DNA of 64,000 nucleotides from an uncultured Chthonomonadaceae bacterium (GTDB taxonomy: Bacteria > Armatimonadota > Chthonomonadetes > Chthonomonadales > Chthonomonadaceae). The stretch's first letter is position 1. Every line of letters begins with the position of its first letter. The stretch covers positions 1,600,001-1,664,000 of the forward strand of contig CAWFQB010000001.1 in the NCBI GenBank assembly GCA_963817895.1. Direction: 5' to 3'. The notes under the pieces were generated by a model that searched no databases, had not been told where the DNA came from, and saw only the letters and a program-made list of their open reading frames with translations. The position numbers and the translations under genes are program-made. Shown one piece after another: positions 10,097-19,970 of the stretch.

Positions 10097-10109
10097 AAGG
10101 AATGAACCC

Positions 10110-11205
10110 ATGAGTGATGAACTGGCACTGCCATTGGAAAATGACGCGCCGGATGTAGCCGTCCTGTTGCGCGACTTGCGCCAATTAATTACGAGCGCGC
10201 GGGAACGCGCCGCTGTCGCCGTCAACCGCGAATTGACGCTGCTGTACTGGCACCTCGGCAACCGCATTTTACGCGAAATACTGCAATCACAACGTGCTAA
10301 CTATGGCGCTTTGATTGTGCCTACACTGTCGGCACAATTAACGGTGGAGTATGGCAAAAGCTACAGTCCCCGTCTGTTGTTCTATATTATCCAGTTTGCA
10401 GAGGTCTTTTCTGATCTTAAGATTGTCCAATCACTGACTGGACAATTGGGCTGGTCGCATTTCAAAGAGCTTCTGCCCATCAAAGACCGACTCAAGCGCG
10501 AGTTCTATACAGAGATGTGCCGGCTGGAAAAGTGGAGTGTGCGTACCATGCGCGGCAAGATAGACGGGATGCTGTATCGAGCGTACCGTGCTGTCGGGCA
10601 GGAGTGAGGAAGTGATTGCGGCGGAAATCGCTTCCCTGCGCGAAACCGACCAACTGACGCCCGACCTTGTTTTCCGTGACCCGTACCTGCTGGACTTTCT
10701 CGGCCTGCATGACGGGTACGGCGAGGCTGATCTGGAAAACGCCATCATCCGCGAAATGGAAACGTTTCTGCTGGAACTTGGCGCGGGGTTCGCGTTTGTA
10801 GCTCGCCAGAAGCGCATGACCATTGACGATGAAGACTTTTACCTTGATCTGCTGTTCTATCATCTGGATTTGCGCCGGTTTGTCGCCATTGAATTGAAAC
10901 TTGGAAAATTTACCGCCGCGCACAAAGGGCAAATGGAACTGTACTTGCGCTGGCTGAACCGTTACGAGCGGCGCAAGCACGATGAGCCGCCCATCGGCCT
11001 GATTTTGTGCAGCGAACGCAGCCCGCAGCAGATCGAACTGCTGGAGTTGGATCGGGGCGACATTCGCGTGGCAGAGTATTTCACAAAGCAATTGCCGCAA
11101 TCCCGGCTGGAACAGGAACTGCAAAAGGCCGTGCGCAACGCCCGCGAACAGATCGCGCAACGCGCCACGTTCAACGCGCCGGAAGCAGACGAAACACACA
11201 TTTGA
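10110..11205 (+). CDS. YhcG/DUF1016 PD-(D/E)XK nuclease-family protein (frameshift at about 10578)
   Basis: VNRELTLLYW, LGWSHF, RDPYLLDFL, LELGAGFAFVARQ, IELK, GQMELY, PIGLILC. Confidence 0.9.
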
Positions 11206-11225
11206 GAAGGAACTTCCATTACCCA

Positions 11226-12071
11226 ATGCGCCAAAAAAACTCTCTTCTTTTACATATTCCCCTCATTCTCCTGTCCGTCGTTTTCGCGTTTCCCTTAATC
11301 TGGCTGGCGCTGACCTCGCTGAAGCCGATTGCGGAAACCATGAAAGTGCCGATTGTGTGGCTGCCTTCGGAATGGCAATGGGGCAACTACTGGAAAGCGT
11401 TCACGTTCAACCGCGAAAAGCTGGGGTACATCCCGTTTCTGGTGTACGGGCGCAATACGCTCATGCTGGCGATTCTGACCGTGAGCGGAACCGTGATTTC
11501 CAATTCGCTTGTCGCGTATGCGTTCGCGCGTTTGCGCTGGCCGGGGCGTGACCTCGCGTTCGGCCTGACGCTGGCGACCATGATGGTTCCATTTCCCGTC
11601 CTGATGGTTCCCATTTTCAGCCTGTTCGAGCGGCTGCACTGGATCGGCACGTTTCGGCCCCTGTGGGTTCCCGCATGGTTCGGCAGCGCGTTCAACATCT
11701 TTTTGCTGCGGCAGTTCTTTGCCACCATTCCGTTCGAGTTGTCGGAAGCGGCGAAAATTGACGGTTGCTCGGAATGGGCAATTTTTCGGCAGATAATTAT
11801 GCCGCTCGCCAAACCCGCGCTTTCCGTCGTCGCGCTGTTCACTTTTATGGGGACATGGAATGACTTCTTAGGCCCTCTCCTCTACCTGTCGCACCAGAAT
11901 CTGTTCACGCTCGGTTTAGGATTGCAGGCGTTCCAGAGTCAGAACGGCGGCACGGAATGGAACCTGCTCATGGCCGCGTCTACGATTGTCGTCGCGCCCA
12001 TCGTTGTGCTGTTCTTCTTCACGCAGAAACAGTTCATTCAGGGGATTGCGGTCACGGGGCTGAAGGGGTAA
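11226..12071 (+). CDS. Carbohydrate ABC permease
   Basis: EAAKIDG, WNDFLGPL, QKQFIQGI. Confidence 0.93.
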   Translation: MRQKNSLLLHIPLILLSVVFAFPLIWLALTSLKPIAETMKVPIVWLPSEWQWGNYWKAFTFNREKLGYIPFLVYGRNTLMLAILTVSGTVISNSLVAYAFARLRWPGRDLAFGLTLATMMVPFPVLMVPIFSLFERLHWIGTFRPLWVPAWFGSAFNIFLLRQFFATIPFELSEAAKIDGCSEWAIFRQIIMPLAKPALSVVALFTFMGTWNDFLGPLLYLSHQNLFTLGLGLQAFQSQNGGTEWNLLMAASTIVVAPIVVLFFFTQKQFIQGIAVTGLKG

Positions 12072-12079
12072 GGGGATAG

Positions 12080-12108
12080 GTTGTTAGTTGTTAGTTGTTA
12101 GTTGTTAG
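12080..12108. repeat. Heptamer tandem repeat (TTGTTAG)x4
   Basis: Lies just after the permease stop codon. Confidence 0.9.
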
Positions 12109-12140
12109 GTTTTGAGAAGTGGGGATTGGGTTGGGATGCG

Positions 12141-12174
12141 AAAGGCGCGGGAACCATGCGGTTCCCGCGCCTTT
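12141..12174. terminator. Bidirectional intrinsic terminator
   Basis: AAAGGCGCGGGAACC-ATGC-GGTTCCCGCGCCTTT between convergent genes. Confidence 0.8.
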
Positions 12175-12198
12175 ACTTAGTCTTGCTACTTTTACGTA

Positions 12199-12675
12199 TC
12201 ACTTCTTGTTGTAGTAACTGAAGTTGATTGTCGTGAACGTTCTCAGAGTGACGCGGTACTGTTGTGGCTGCGCGACCGGAACCTCATCAGTTGAGATAGG
12301 CTGTGGGGTGAGAATAAAATTGCCGGGTACGAGTGGGAGTTTGTAGCTGCCGTCACTGCCCGAAGTTGCCGTGCCGACAACGGTGCCGTCCGACAGCGTA
12401 GCGACAATCTTCGCGCCGGAAATGGGCGATTGGGTTGTGGACGTGGTCGAGTTCGGGGTCATCAGCGCCTTGCCGGAAAAGCCGGAAGTGCCGTCCCCGG
12501 CGGGATCAATGGTCGAACCGCCCAGCCCGTTGGAGCCGTTGACGATGTTGACGCCTGTACTCGCCGTGGAACTGCCGCCGCCGCCACAGCCGGCAAGCAG
12601 GAGCGCGAAGACCGCGCAAAGGAGCAGCGAAACCGCAAAACGTAAAGCGAACGGAGCAAGCAGCCGTTTCCGCAT
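12199..12675 (-). CDS. Lipoprotein with a beta-sandwich (carboxypeptidase-regulatory-like) domain
   Basis: Lipobox LAGC followed by GGGG; PISGAKI...SGSDGSY. Confidence 0.8.
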   Translation of the reverse strand: MRKRLLAPFALRFAVSLLLCAVFALLLAGCGGGGSSTASTGVNIVNGSNGLGGSTIDPAGDGTSGFSGKALMTPNSTTSTTQSPISGAKIVATLSDGTVVGTATSGSDGSYKLPLVPGNFILTPQPISTDEVPVAQPQQYRVTLRTFTTINFSYYNKK

Positions 12676-12871
12676 AAAGATTCCCTTTCCATACGATGGG
12701 AGAATAAAGTGGTGTTTCCGGGGTTGCCGCCATTATAACAGTTTCCGCCAAACCGCGCAAGTGTTTTTCTGACTTTTCGCCCCTGAATTGTCAAATTTCT
12801 CTTCCTGAACGCTTCCGGTGAAGGAGAATGAGAGATTTTGTATCAAGAATCTCTTCCTGAAGGGATAATAG

Positions 12872-13243
12872 ATGAATGTTACGAAGAACATACAAACTCC
12901 CCGCCAACTGCAATATATGGCACTGGTCGCCTGAGACAACCCGGAGGCTTTTAAGACGCAGGTTCTTGATGGTTGCAGGAGCATTGCAATGTCTGATGAA
13001 GAAACGGCTTTCTATAGCGGAGTAATGTTCTCTACGCTGAACAAAATTGATGGCAACAGCGGAAGTATCATCAATGATGACTACTTTGATCGCATCTGTA
13101 TATCTCTGGAAATCTGCCGTGAGACGTATGAGGCGGAAAATGCGCCTGAAGTAGTTGAAGCGATTTCTGTAAACACGCCGGAAGAAGTTCAGTTTCATAA
13201 TCTATGGTACGGCTGGCTTGCTAAGTTCAGCCGCTGGAAGTAG
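12872..13243 (+). pseudogene. Low-GC hypothetical gene with an internal TGA (12932-12934)
   Basis: ATG 12872 is in frame with ORF 12989-13243 across a single TGA. Confidence 0.45.
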
Positions 13244-13288
13244 CGCAACACGCATTGTGAGCGATGTCGCCAGTAAGGAGATTTTTGA

Positions 13289-13693
13289 TTGAATTCTTCA
13301 CAGCCTGATGTTGGCAACACTGAGGAGCAAACGCTTGATACTTTCGGGCAATGGTTGATGCAATGGGTTCGGGACAAATCCCTATCGGACATCACCAAGG
13401 TAATTGAAGGCCGGATGAAGGGGGCAAGCTCTCAATCTATACATGAACGCTTGGCAAGTTTCAGTCCACAGGAAGTAGAAACCCTAAAGCATGTGATGCC
13501 ATTTTTCATGGATATGATGTTGGGTAATCTGATGTGGGCATTGGAACAAACGGATGTGGTAGACGTTGCAGTACATGGCGAGGGGAACACGGTTGAGAGC
13601 CTACGTACAATAAGCGACGGCTTGGCAGGAGAGTTGTACGGCGAGCATGGATGGATTGCAAAATTTAGTACACAACCGTATGTAGAAGAATAA
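13289..13693 (+). CDS. Hypothetical protein, immunity-protein-like
   Basis: Low GC; LDTFGQWLM..VRD and SDGLAGELY...GWIAKFS motifs; AGGAG RBS. Confidence 0.6.
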   Translation: MNSSQPDVGNTEEQTLDTFGQWLMQWVRDKSLSDITKVIEGRMKGASSQSIHERLASFSPQEVETLKHVMPFFMDMMLGNLMWALEQTDVVDVAVHGEGNTVESLRTISDGLAGELYGEHGWIAKFSTQPYVEE

Positions 13694-13789
13694 CAAGTCA
13701 GCACTGCTGGCGGTGCAGAGCAGCGAAAGGGTGCAGTTGTTCTGCGACAGCGGCAGGCGGCGCGTATACAAACAGGTGGGTAGCGCATA

Positions 13790-14137
13790 ATGATCGAAGT
13801 GTTTACCAATAACTGGCAACGTACCGCAGTAGAAACTCTTCAACAGGGACAAACCGTTCAAATCCGGCCACGCGGAAATTCTATGCAGGGCATCATTGAG
13901 GGTGGCGAACTCATTTCTGTTCAGCCCTGTTGCGCTGAGGACTTACATGTCGGCGACGCTGTTCTGGCGCGGGTGAAGGGGAAGCGGTTTGTTCACATTG
14001 TCGTCCATTTAGTTCAGCGGATTGACAACGGCAGATTTTTAATCGGCAGCAATAATGGGCGGCTGGACGGATGGGTTCAATCCGAGGATATTTCAGGTAA
14101 AGTGACGCAAATCCTTTCGATTCATGATCAGGCATAG
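13790..14137 (+). CDS. S24/S26 peptidase-like small protein
   Basis: RGNSM motif, VGDAVL, NNGRLDGW. Confidence 0.7.
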   Translation: MIEVFTNNWQRTAVETLQQGQTVQIRPRGNSMQGIIEGGELISVQPCCAEDLHVGDAVLARVKGKRFVHIVVHLVQRIDNGRFLIGSNNGRLDGWVQSEDISGKVTQILSIHDQA

Positions 14138-14138
14138 C

Positions 14139-14247
14139 GTTCAGGTGTTCAGGTGCTCAGGTGTTTGTGTTTCGCGCAAAAGCCAACATGTAACTTCTGC
14201 ATTGTCCTGAACACCCGAATACCTGAACACCTGAACACCCGAATACC
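14139..14247. repeat. Inverted octamer-array element (GTTCAGGT)n ... (CCTGAACA)n
   Basis: Fills the gap between two convergent stop codons. Confidence 0.85.
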
Positions 14248-15479
14248 TACTGCCCCGGATTGAACGGGTTCCCATTGGGCTGAACGGGCCGGGTATTCTG
14301 GTTGAACAGGGCGGCGGGGCGCTCGGTCAGGCTGGCGCTTAATGTCAGCGTGGAACCCCCGCGCCAGACGTTCAACGTCAGCGCGTCCCCAACCTTCAGG
14401 CTTTGCAGCAGCGTCAGCAGATCGTTGGGGATTTTCAGGTCTTTATTGTTAGCCTTCATAATCAGATCGTTGGGATGTAGTCCCATGCTCTCCGCCGGAC
14501 TGCCGGGCTGCACATGCCCGATGACAACGCCATCCGGCGCGTTTGTCATATTGTAATACGCTTTTCCGCGCTCCGTCAGCGTGGCGAATTGCGACACGCC
14601 AAGCCAGGGCCGCGAAACACGGCCTTTCTCAATGAGCTGGGCGGTGATTTCGCGCATGGTGTTGGACGGAATGGCGTAGCCGATGCCCACGCTGCCGCCC
14701 GTGTTGGAGCGGATAGCCGAGTTGATGCCGATCAAACGCCCCTCGATGTCGGCCAACGCGCCCCCGGAGTTGCCCGGATTGATGGCCGCGTCCGTTTGTA
14801 TCAGGCTGGCATAGGCGGTTCCTTTGCCGGTCGCCTCGTTTTTGCGAATCGCGCTGACAATGCCCGCCGTGACCGTCGTGCCAACGCCAAGCGGATCGCC
14901 AACGGCAACTACCCACTCCCCGACGCGCACCTTGTCCGAATCCGCGACCGTCGCGGTGGGCAGGTCTCTGGCGTCCACTTTCACGACCGCCAGATCGGAT
15001 TGCGCATCCGCGCCCAACACGCGCCCCACTAGTTCGCGCCCGTTCTGAAGCGTGACGCTGATGCGCGTGGCGTCCTGAACCACATGGTTGTTGGTCACAA
15101 TGATGCCGTCCGCGCTGATAATCACGCCCGAACCCGTGCCGCGCGGTATCTGCTGCATCACTTCGCTTTGCCCGTACATATCCTCGTTGCCGTAACTGTA
15201 ACGCGGGCGGTACTCCGTGTCAATGGTCACGACAGCGGGTTCCACGCGGGCGGCGGCATTGGCAATCGCGCCCGGATCGTTGATGGCTTTGGCGTCCAGA
15301 TTGAATTTGAACGGAACCGTGTTGTTGTTCGCCACGACGGGCGTCAGAGTTCCCGTCATCGTTCCTGCTGTTGTCGCGGCGGCAGGCAGGCGATTGCGCA
15401 GGACGCTGTACATCAGATACATGCCCCCGCCGAACGCCGCCAGCAATAAAAGAAACAAAACTCCTGCTTTTCGGCCCAT
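14247..15479 (-). CDS. htrA: HtrA/DegP-family serine protease with one PDZ domain
   Basis: TNNHVV, DLAV, TDAAINPGNSGG, C-terminal PDZ, N-terminal TM. Confidence 0.93.
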   Translation of the reverse strand: MGRKAGVLFLLLLAAFGGGMYLMYSVLRNRLPAAATTAGTMTGTLTPVVANNNTVPFKFNLDAKAINDPGAIANAAARVEPAVVTIDTEYRPRYSYGNEDMYGQSEVMQQIPRGTGSGVIISADGIIVTNNHVVQDATRISVTLQNGRELVGRVLGADAQSDLAVVKVDARDLPTATVADSDKVRVGEWVVAVGDPLGVGTTVTAGIVSAIRKNEATGKGTAYASLIQTDAAINPGNSGGALADIEGRLIGINSAIRSNTGGSVGIGYAIPSNTMREITAQLIEKGRVSRPWLGVSQFATLTERGKAYYNMTNAPDGVVIGHVQPGSPAESMGLHPNDLIMKANNKDLKIPNDLLTLLQSLKVGDALTLNVWRGGSTLTLSASLTERPAALFNQNTRPVQPNGNPFNPGQ

Positions 15480-15628
15480 ACCGGTATCTCCTCATAATAT
15501 AATTGCCCGCCTCGTAACGTTAGGCTGTACTACAAAATACGGAAGGCGGGAAAACTCTGTTTCGGTTTTCATCCGCATTTGCGGCTTACGGGCTGAATTT
15601 AGCGCAAATTCTTGCGAAAGCATTACTT

Positions 15629-17674
15629 TTAGAGGTTCTTTTCGGCAGGCGCGTTTTTGTCGCGCCGACGCTCGCGCCACCAGACACATTCCTGTTTCAG
15701 CGCGGCAAACAGGGCGCGGGCAAGCGCCAGCGCGGGCGGGCCGTCGCTGAACGCGGCGGCAATCGCGTACAAAGCGCGGGGCGAGAAACGCGAATCGTTG
15801 GAAATCGCATAGAGAGGTTCCCACCCATCCGGTTTGAACTTGGCTTTGAAAGCGTCCAGCCCCTCGAAATTGTAAAACCGGGTTCCGTGCGCTCTAGCCC
15901 ATGTCAGCATCCAGCGCAGCCACGCCGGTTCCCCATCGGCAGGCGTATCCCCCCGGCGCGAAAGCGGGGCAAGGCCGAGCGTGACATACATAAAGCCATC
16001 CGCTTCCAATCCGCGCATCAGGGCGTCAATCAGCAGTTCCGCCGTGCCGTTGGGCGCGTCGTTACCCCTGACAATCTGCTCGACCAGCCAGCCCTTGCGA
16101 TGGGGAACCGGGGAGGCGATCAAGAATCCGATGGCTTTCGCGTTCAGCGTCGCCACCCATACGCGCCTGTCCGCCAGCCTGTCCAGCGTCACGGACTCGG
16201 TCAGAAAATGGAGGGGCGGCAACAGGCGCGAAGCCGTCCACTCTTCCAGACACGCCTGCAAATCGGGGTGGTTGTGCGCGCGTTCAATCGGCCACTCTTC
16301 CGCCACAACCCCCTTGTTACGCGCCCGGCTGAACTGCGCCCGCAGGGAACTGTGTTTTTTCACGATAGCGGGCCAGTGGGCGGGGTTCCAGACGGGCTGC
16401 GCGCCGATAGCAATGGAAGCGTGTGGGTGTGGCGAGTTGCGCAATACCGTTTGCAAACGTTCCGACGCGCCGAAATAGCAGACGCCCTCGCCGCGCAGCG
16501 CGGCCTCCCGCTCAAATTCCGCAATCACGGTTTCCAATTGCTCCCGCGCGCAAACCGGCGCTCCCGCCACGACACGCACCCGGGAGCGACGCGCATAGCC
16601 AATCACGGCTTCACCGTCCGGGGCGAACCAGTAGTCCATGTGGGGCGTGAGTATCTGGTACGACATGGCGTTCCAGCCGTAGCGCATTACGAGTTCCCGC
16701 GCCCGCGTTTGCGGATTGCAGGGCGCGATGTTCAGAGGCGGGGAAGTGGCGTTTGCGCAGGTTGTAATGGCTTCCACGACGGCAGCGGGGCGCGTTTGCG
16801 GCAGTTCATGCCCTGTATCGGGCAGAACCGTCAGCGTGGAATGGGGCAGGGCTTCATGCAGGGGGTACGCATGTTCGGCAGGCGGCACAACCTGATCGCA
16901 GTCGCCCGTGACAATCACAATCGGAACCTGAATTTGCCCGTAGCAGGGACGGAGCGCGCGCATCACGGCCCGGTCCCGCGTATTTTCGCGCGCGAATGTC
17001 AGCGCCTGCGAGGTTCGGCGTTGCCACAGCGCGGACGCCAACCGCGCGTAGTCAGCGGGAACCGGATCGGGCGCGAACGCTTCGCGCAGGCTTTTGCGCA
17101 GGTAGTGACCTCTGACCAGAATCAGCAGTGTGGCAACGACAAGAGGACCGAGCAGGGGAACCGAAGGCAGCCGCAGCAGCCACAAAGGACGCGCATCCGG
17201 CGCGTGTACCCATCCGCCAAGCAGCGTGAGTCCCGCCACCTCCTGCGGGTACGCGAGAGCATACGCCAATAGCAGGCTGCCGCTCCATGAGTGTCCCACG
17301 AGCAGGGGACGAGTGACGCCAAGCCGTTGCAGCGCGTCATGGATGATTCTGGCCTGCGCATCCGGGGCGCAATCGGCAACCGGGGGCGAATCGCTGTACC
17401 CATGCCCCGGACGGTCAAAGGCGATCACATCGTACTGAAGCGACAGCCGTTCCATTACCGCCTGAAAATCCTGCCAGAACCCTTCGCTGCCGTGCAGCAA
17501 TACAACGGTCGGGCCGCTCCCCCGCCGAACATAATGCAGGCGCAGGCCGTTCACAGTGACAAACGAACCGGCAGGCGGATAGCGTTGTTCCGCCCGCGCC
17601 GCGCGGCAAAACGTCAGCGCGTACAGCCCGAATAAAACGCATAGCAGAAGCGAGAGGATTACCGACAGCATCAT
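15629..17674 (-). CDS. Alpha/beta hydrolase fused to an MprF-like C-terminal (DUF2156) aminoacyl-transferase domain
   Basis: LLHG, DRPGHG, GHSWSG, GHELP; then GAPV, GTAELL, TLGLAPL, FYNFEGLDAFKAKF.P.WEP.Y. Confidence 0.85.
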   Translation of the reverse strand: MMLSVILSLLLCVLFGLYALTFCRAARAEQRYPPAGSFVTVNGLRLHYVRRGSGPTVVLLHGSEGFWQDFQAVMERLSLQYDVIAFDRPGHGYSDSPPVADCAPDAQARIIHDALQRLGVTRPLLVGHSWSGSLLLAYALAYPQEVAGLTLLGGWVHAPDARPLWLLRLPSVPLLGPLVVATLLILVRGHYLRKSLREAFAPDPVPADYARLASALWQRRTSQALTFARENTRDRAVMRALRPCYGQIQVPIVIVTGDCDQVVPPAEHAYPLHEALPHSTLTVLPDTGHELPQTRPAAVVEAITTCANATSPPLNIAPCNPQTRARELVMRYGWNAMSYQILTPHMDYWFAPDGEAVIGYARRSRVRVVAGAPVCAREQLETVIAEFEREAALRGEGVCYFGASERLQTVLRNSPHPHASIAIGAQPVWNPAHWPAIVKKHSSLRAQFSRARNKGVVAEEWPIERAHNHPDLQACLEEWTASRLLPPLHFLTESVTLDRLADRRVWVATLNAKAIGFLIASPVPHRKGWLVEQIVRGNDAPNGTAELLIDALMRGLEADGFMYVTLGLAPLSRRGDTPADGEPAWLRWMLTWARAHGTRFYNFEGLDAFKAKFKPDGWEPLYAISNDSRFSPRALYAIAAAFSDGPPALALARALFAALKQECVWWRERRRDKNAPAEKNL

Positions 17675-17725
17675 GCTCTGCTATACGCGATTGCGGGCGC
17701 AATATCGCCTGCCGACGAGACAATC

Positions 17726-18175
17726 CTACGCCGCCACCAATTGCCGCGTTTCCCGCGTTCCTGCGCTGAAGGCTTCCATGCCCTCCTGCATAACAGTGGC
17801 AACAACCGCGTAAACTTCCGCCCACGCTTCACGGGTTTCGGGCGTGAAGGCATCGCCCAATCCCTGTTCCAGCGTCCAGAGCAGAGTTTCGCCGACGAGC
17901 GCGAAGTGTTCCGGCGTGACGCCATAGCCCACATGCCGCTGTCCCAACTGCCGCAGCGCAGGCAGTAACTCTTCCAGACGATTCAGGCTTTCGACGGCGA
18001 AGCGCAATGCCGTCATCAGATGCCTGCTCTGTTCGCGGATGTCGCCCCGAAACAGAACTCGCAAGGTGGGGTCGCGTTCAAACAATCTGGCGTAAAACAG
18101 TTGTCCCGCTTCCTCCGCAATAGGCGCAATCTGCGCGAACGAATCCTGAACCAATCTTTTTTGTTCCTGTCGCAT
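17726..18175 (-). CDS. Single-domain bacterial globin
   Basis: FYARLF..P....LF, LGQRHVGYGV...HF, AW.EVY. Confidence 0.93.
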   Translation of the reverse strand: MRQEQKRLVQDSFAQIAPIAEEAGQLFYARLFERDPTLRVLFRGDIREQSRHLMTALRFAVESLNRLEELLPALRQLGQRHVGYGVTPEHFALVGETLLWTLEQGLGDAFTPETREAWAEVYAVVATVMQEGMEAFSAGTRETRQLVAA

Positions 18176-18258
18176 GATGTTTCTCTCCTCCTCAACGCTT
18201 GATGTGAATTCAATTTACCGTTCGAGCGTTAAGGCAGTGTGAGAAATGCGTTACAATA

Positions 18259-18283
18259 GCGTTATAATTTGAAATTATAACGC
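18259..18283. promoter_or_regulatory. Perfect 12-1-12 palindrome upstream of the globin, candidate operator
   Basis: GCGTTATAATTT-G-AAATTATAACGC. Confidence 0.55.
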
Positions 18284-18287
18284 AAAT

Positions 18288-18318
18288 GCGGCTTCTTTCC
18301 AAAACAGAAAGAAGCCGC
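18288..18318 (-). terminator. Hairpin downstream of the sugar-phosphate isomerase
   Basis: GCGGCTTCTTTC-7nt-GAAAGAAGCCGC. Confidence 0.6.
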
Positions 18319-18353
18319 GCGTCAGGATGCAGACAGGCAGGGCAAACACTTTT

Positions 18354-19145
18354 TTAGACTTGCGTGGTCAGGAACTCGAAACTGGAGCGCAGGCAGTCGA
18401 AGGGATCACGGCGGCAAACGTCCTGCTCGACCGCGTATATTTCCACGCCCGCAACCGCGCAGGCGGGCAGAATGTGTTCCCAATCCAGATTGCCCTCGCC
18501 AATGGCCGCCATTACCGGGCCGTCTTTGGGAACCACCTCCTTGTCTTTGAGGTGGATGACGGGGACGCGGCCCGCGCAGCGCTCAAACAGGCGTTCGGGG
18601 CTGACGCCCGCGTGATCCACCCAGTAGACATCTATTTCCAGCGTGAAATCCGCGCCGCCCTCGTCAATGAGAATGTCGTAGCAGGTTTGTCGTCCCGCTC
18701 CCGCGCGCATAAACTCGAATTCGTGGTTGTGGTAGCCCCACCGGATGCCCGCTGCTTTCAATCGCGCGATAACGGGAATGGCGTCCTGTACAAATTGGCG
18801 ATAACCCTCCACGCCCTGTTCCCGGTAGCGTCCCGGCAGGCTGCCAATGGCGGTGTAATCGCAGCCGAGCGTCTGGTGAAACGCGATTTCCTCGTCCGTG
18901 TGGTTCAGCAGGCTATCCCAGTTCCGATGCGTGGCGACGCAGCGCAGGCCGTTGTCGTCCAGCATTTGCCGCGCCTCCGCAGCCGAAACTTCGGGCGTTT
19001 CGCTGTCCATTGCCGCAATTGCGGAGAGTTGAACCGCCTCATAGCCGATTGCGCGGAGTTTTTGCAAAGATTGCGCCAAATCCCCTGCGGTTTTGGTATA
19101 ATCACGAATGGTATACATCTGCGCCGCCAATTGCGATGCCAGCAT
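18354..19145 (-). CDS. Sugar phosphate isomerase/epimerase (xylose-isomerase-like TIM barrel)
   Basis: YHNHEFEF, EIDVYW, IHLKD, GEGNLD, VEQD. Confidence 0.9.
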   Translation of the reverse strand: MLASQLAAQMYTIRDYTKTAGDLAQSLQKLRAIGYEAVQLSAIAAMDSETPEVSAAEARQMLDDNGLRCVATHRNWDSLLNHTDEEIAFHQTLGCDYTAIGSLPGRYREQGVEGYRQFVQDAIPVIARLKAAGIRWGYHNHEFEFMRAGAGRQTCYDILIDEGGADFTLEIDVYWVDHAGVSPERLFERCAGRVPVIHLKDKEVVPKDGPVMAAIGEGNLDWEHILPACAVAGVEIYAVEQDVCRRDPFDCLRSSFEFLTTQV

Positions 19146-19164
19146 AGTGTTCCTCCAGGAGTTT

Positions 19165-19282
<118 letters not shown>

Positions 19283-19297
19283 TCAAAGGAGTGCCGA

Positions 19298-19864
19298 ATG
19301 GTACAGCGCACAGGGCGCGTCACCTGCCCCAAATGCGGAGCCAACAACTTCGATACGGTCACTACGTGTTACCGTTGCCAGTCGTCCCTGATAACGGGCG
19401 CGCAGCAGCCTGCCCCGATGCAGGGCGGAACGGCAATGGCGACAGATCGCGCAGGGAAGCCCGTTCCGATGAACGCGCCCCTGCCGCCTGCCATGAATCC
19501 CATGATGAACGCGCCGGCGCAGCCGCCGATGATGTCTTCGCCGCCCCCGGCGTATATGCCGGATTATGGCAATGGGGGTGGGGGCGACCCGGCGATGGCG
19601 CGGCGGGCGGCGGTGCTGCTCGCCCTGACAATTCCCTTTATCGGTCTGCCCGTCGGGTGGGCGTTTATGATGATGGAAGACCGCAAGCGGCAGGCCATCG
19701 GGCGATACTGCGCCAACTGGAGTATGATTGCGCTCGTCTTTCACCTGCTACTGTCGTTTGTCTTCATGCAGTCGCTGGCGTCGTATCTCCCGATGCTTTT
19801 GGGCGTGGCTAAATCCGTACAGCAAAAGCAGCAGCAAGATACGGGCATTCCGGGTGTACCGTAG
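19298..19864 (+). CDS. Zinc-ribbon membrane protein with a Pro/Met-rich linker
   Basis: CPKC...CYRC, hydrophobic C-terminal helices, AAGGAG RBS. Confidence 0.8.
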   Translation: MVQRTGRVTCPKCGANNFDTVTTCYRCQSSLITGAQQPAPMQGGTAMATDRAGKPVPMNAPLPPAMNPMMNAPAQPPMMSSPPPAYMPDYGNGGGGDPAMARRAAVLLALTIPFIGLPVGWAFMMMEDRKRQAIGRYCANWSMIALVFHLLLSFVFMQSLASYLPMLLGVAKSVQQKQQQDTGIPGVP

Positions 19865-19868
19865 GAAT

Positions 19869-19970
19869 ATGGTGTATGGTGTTCGGTATTGGGTATTGGG
19901 TGTTCGGTTGATGGTCTTGCCGCGCGAAATGAATTCCGGTAGTTTCGTATTCTCCGAATACCGAATACCG
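19869..19970. repeat. Inverted heptamer-array element (GGTATTC/G)n ... (CCGAATA)n
   Basis: Between convergent stop codons. Confidence 0.8.

Noticed and set aside
12932..12934. TGA as selenocysteine or recoded codon
   Set aside because: No SECIS-like context or redox motif; TGA is an ordinary stop throughout the window.
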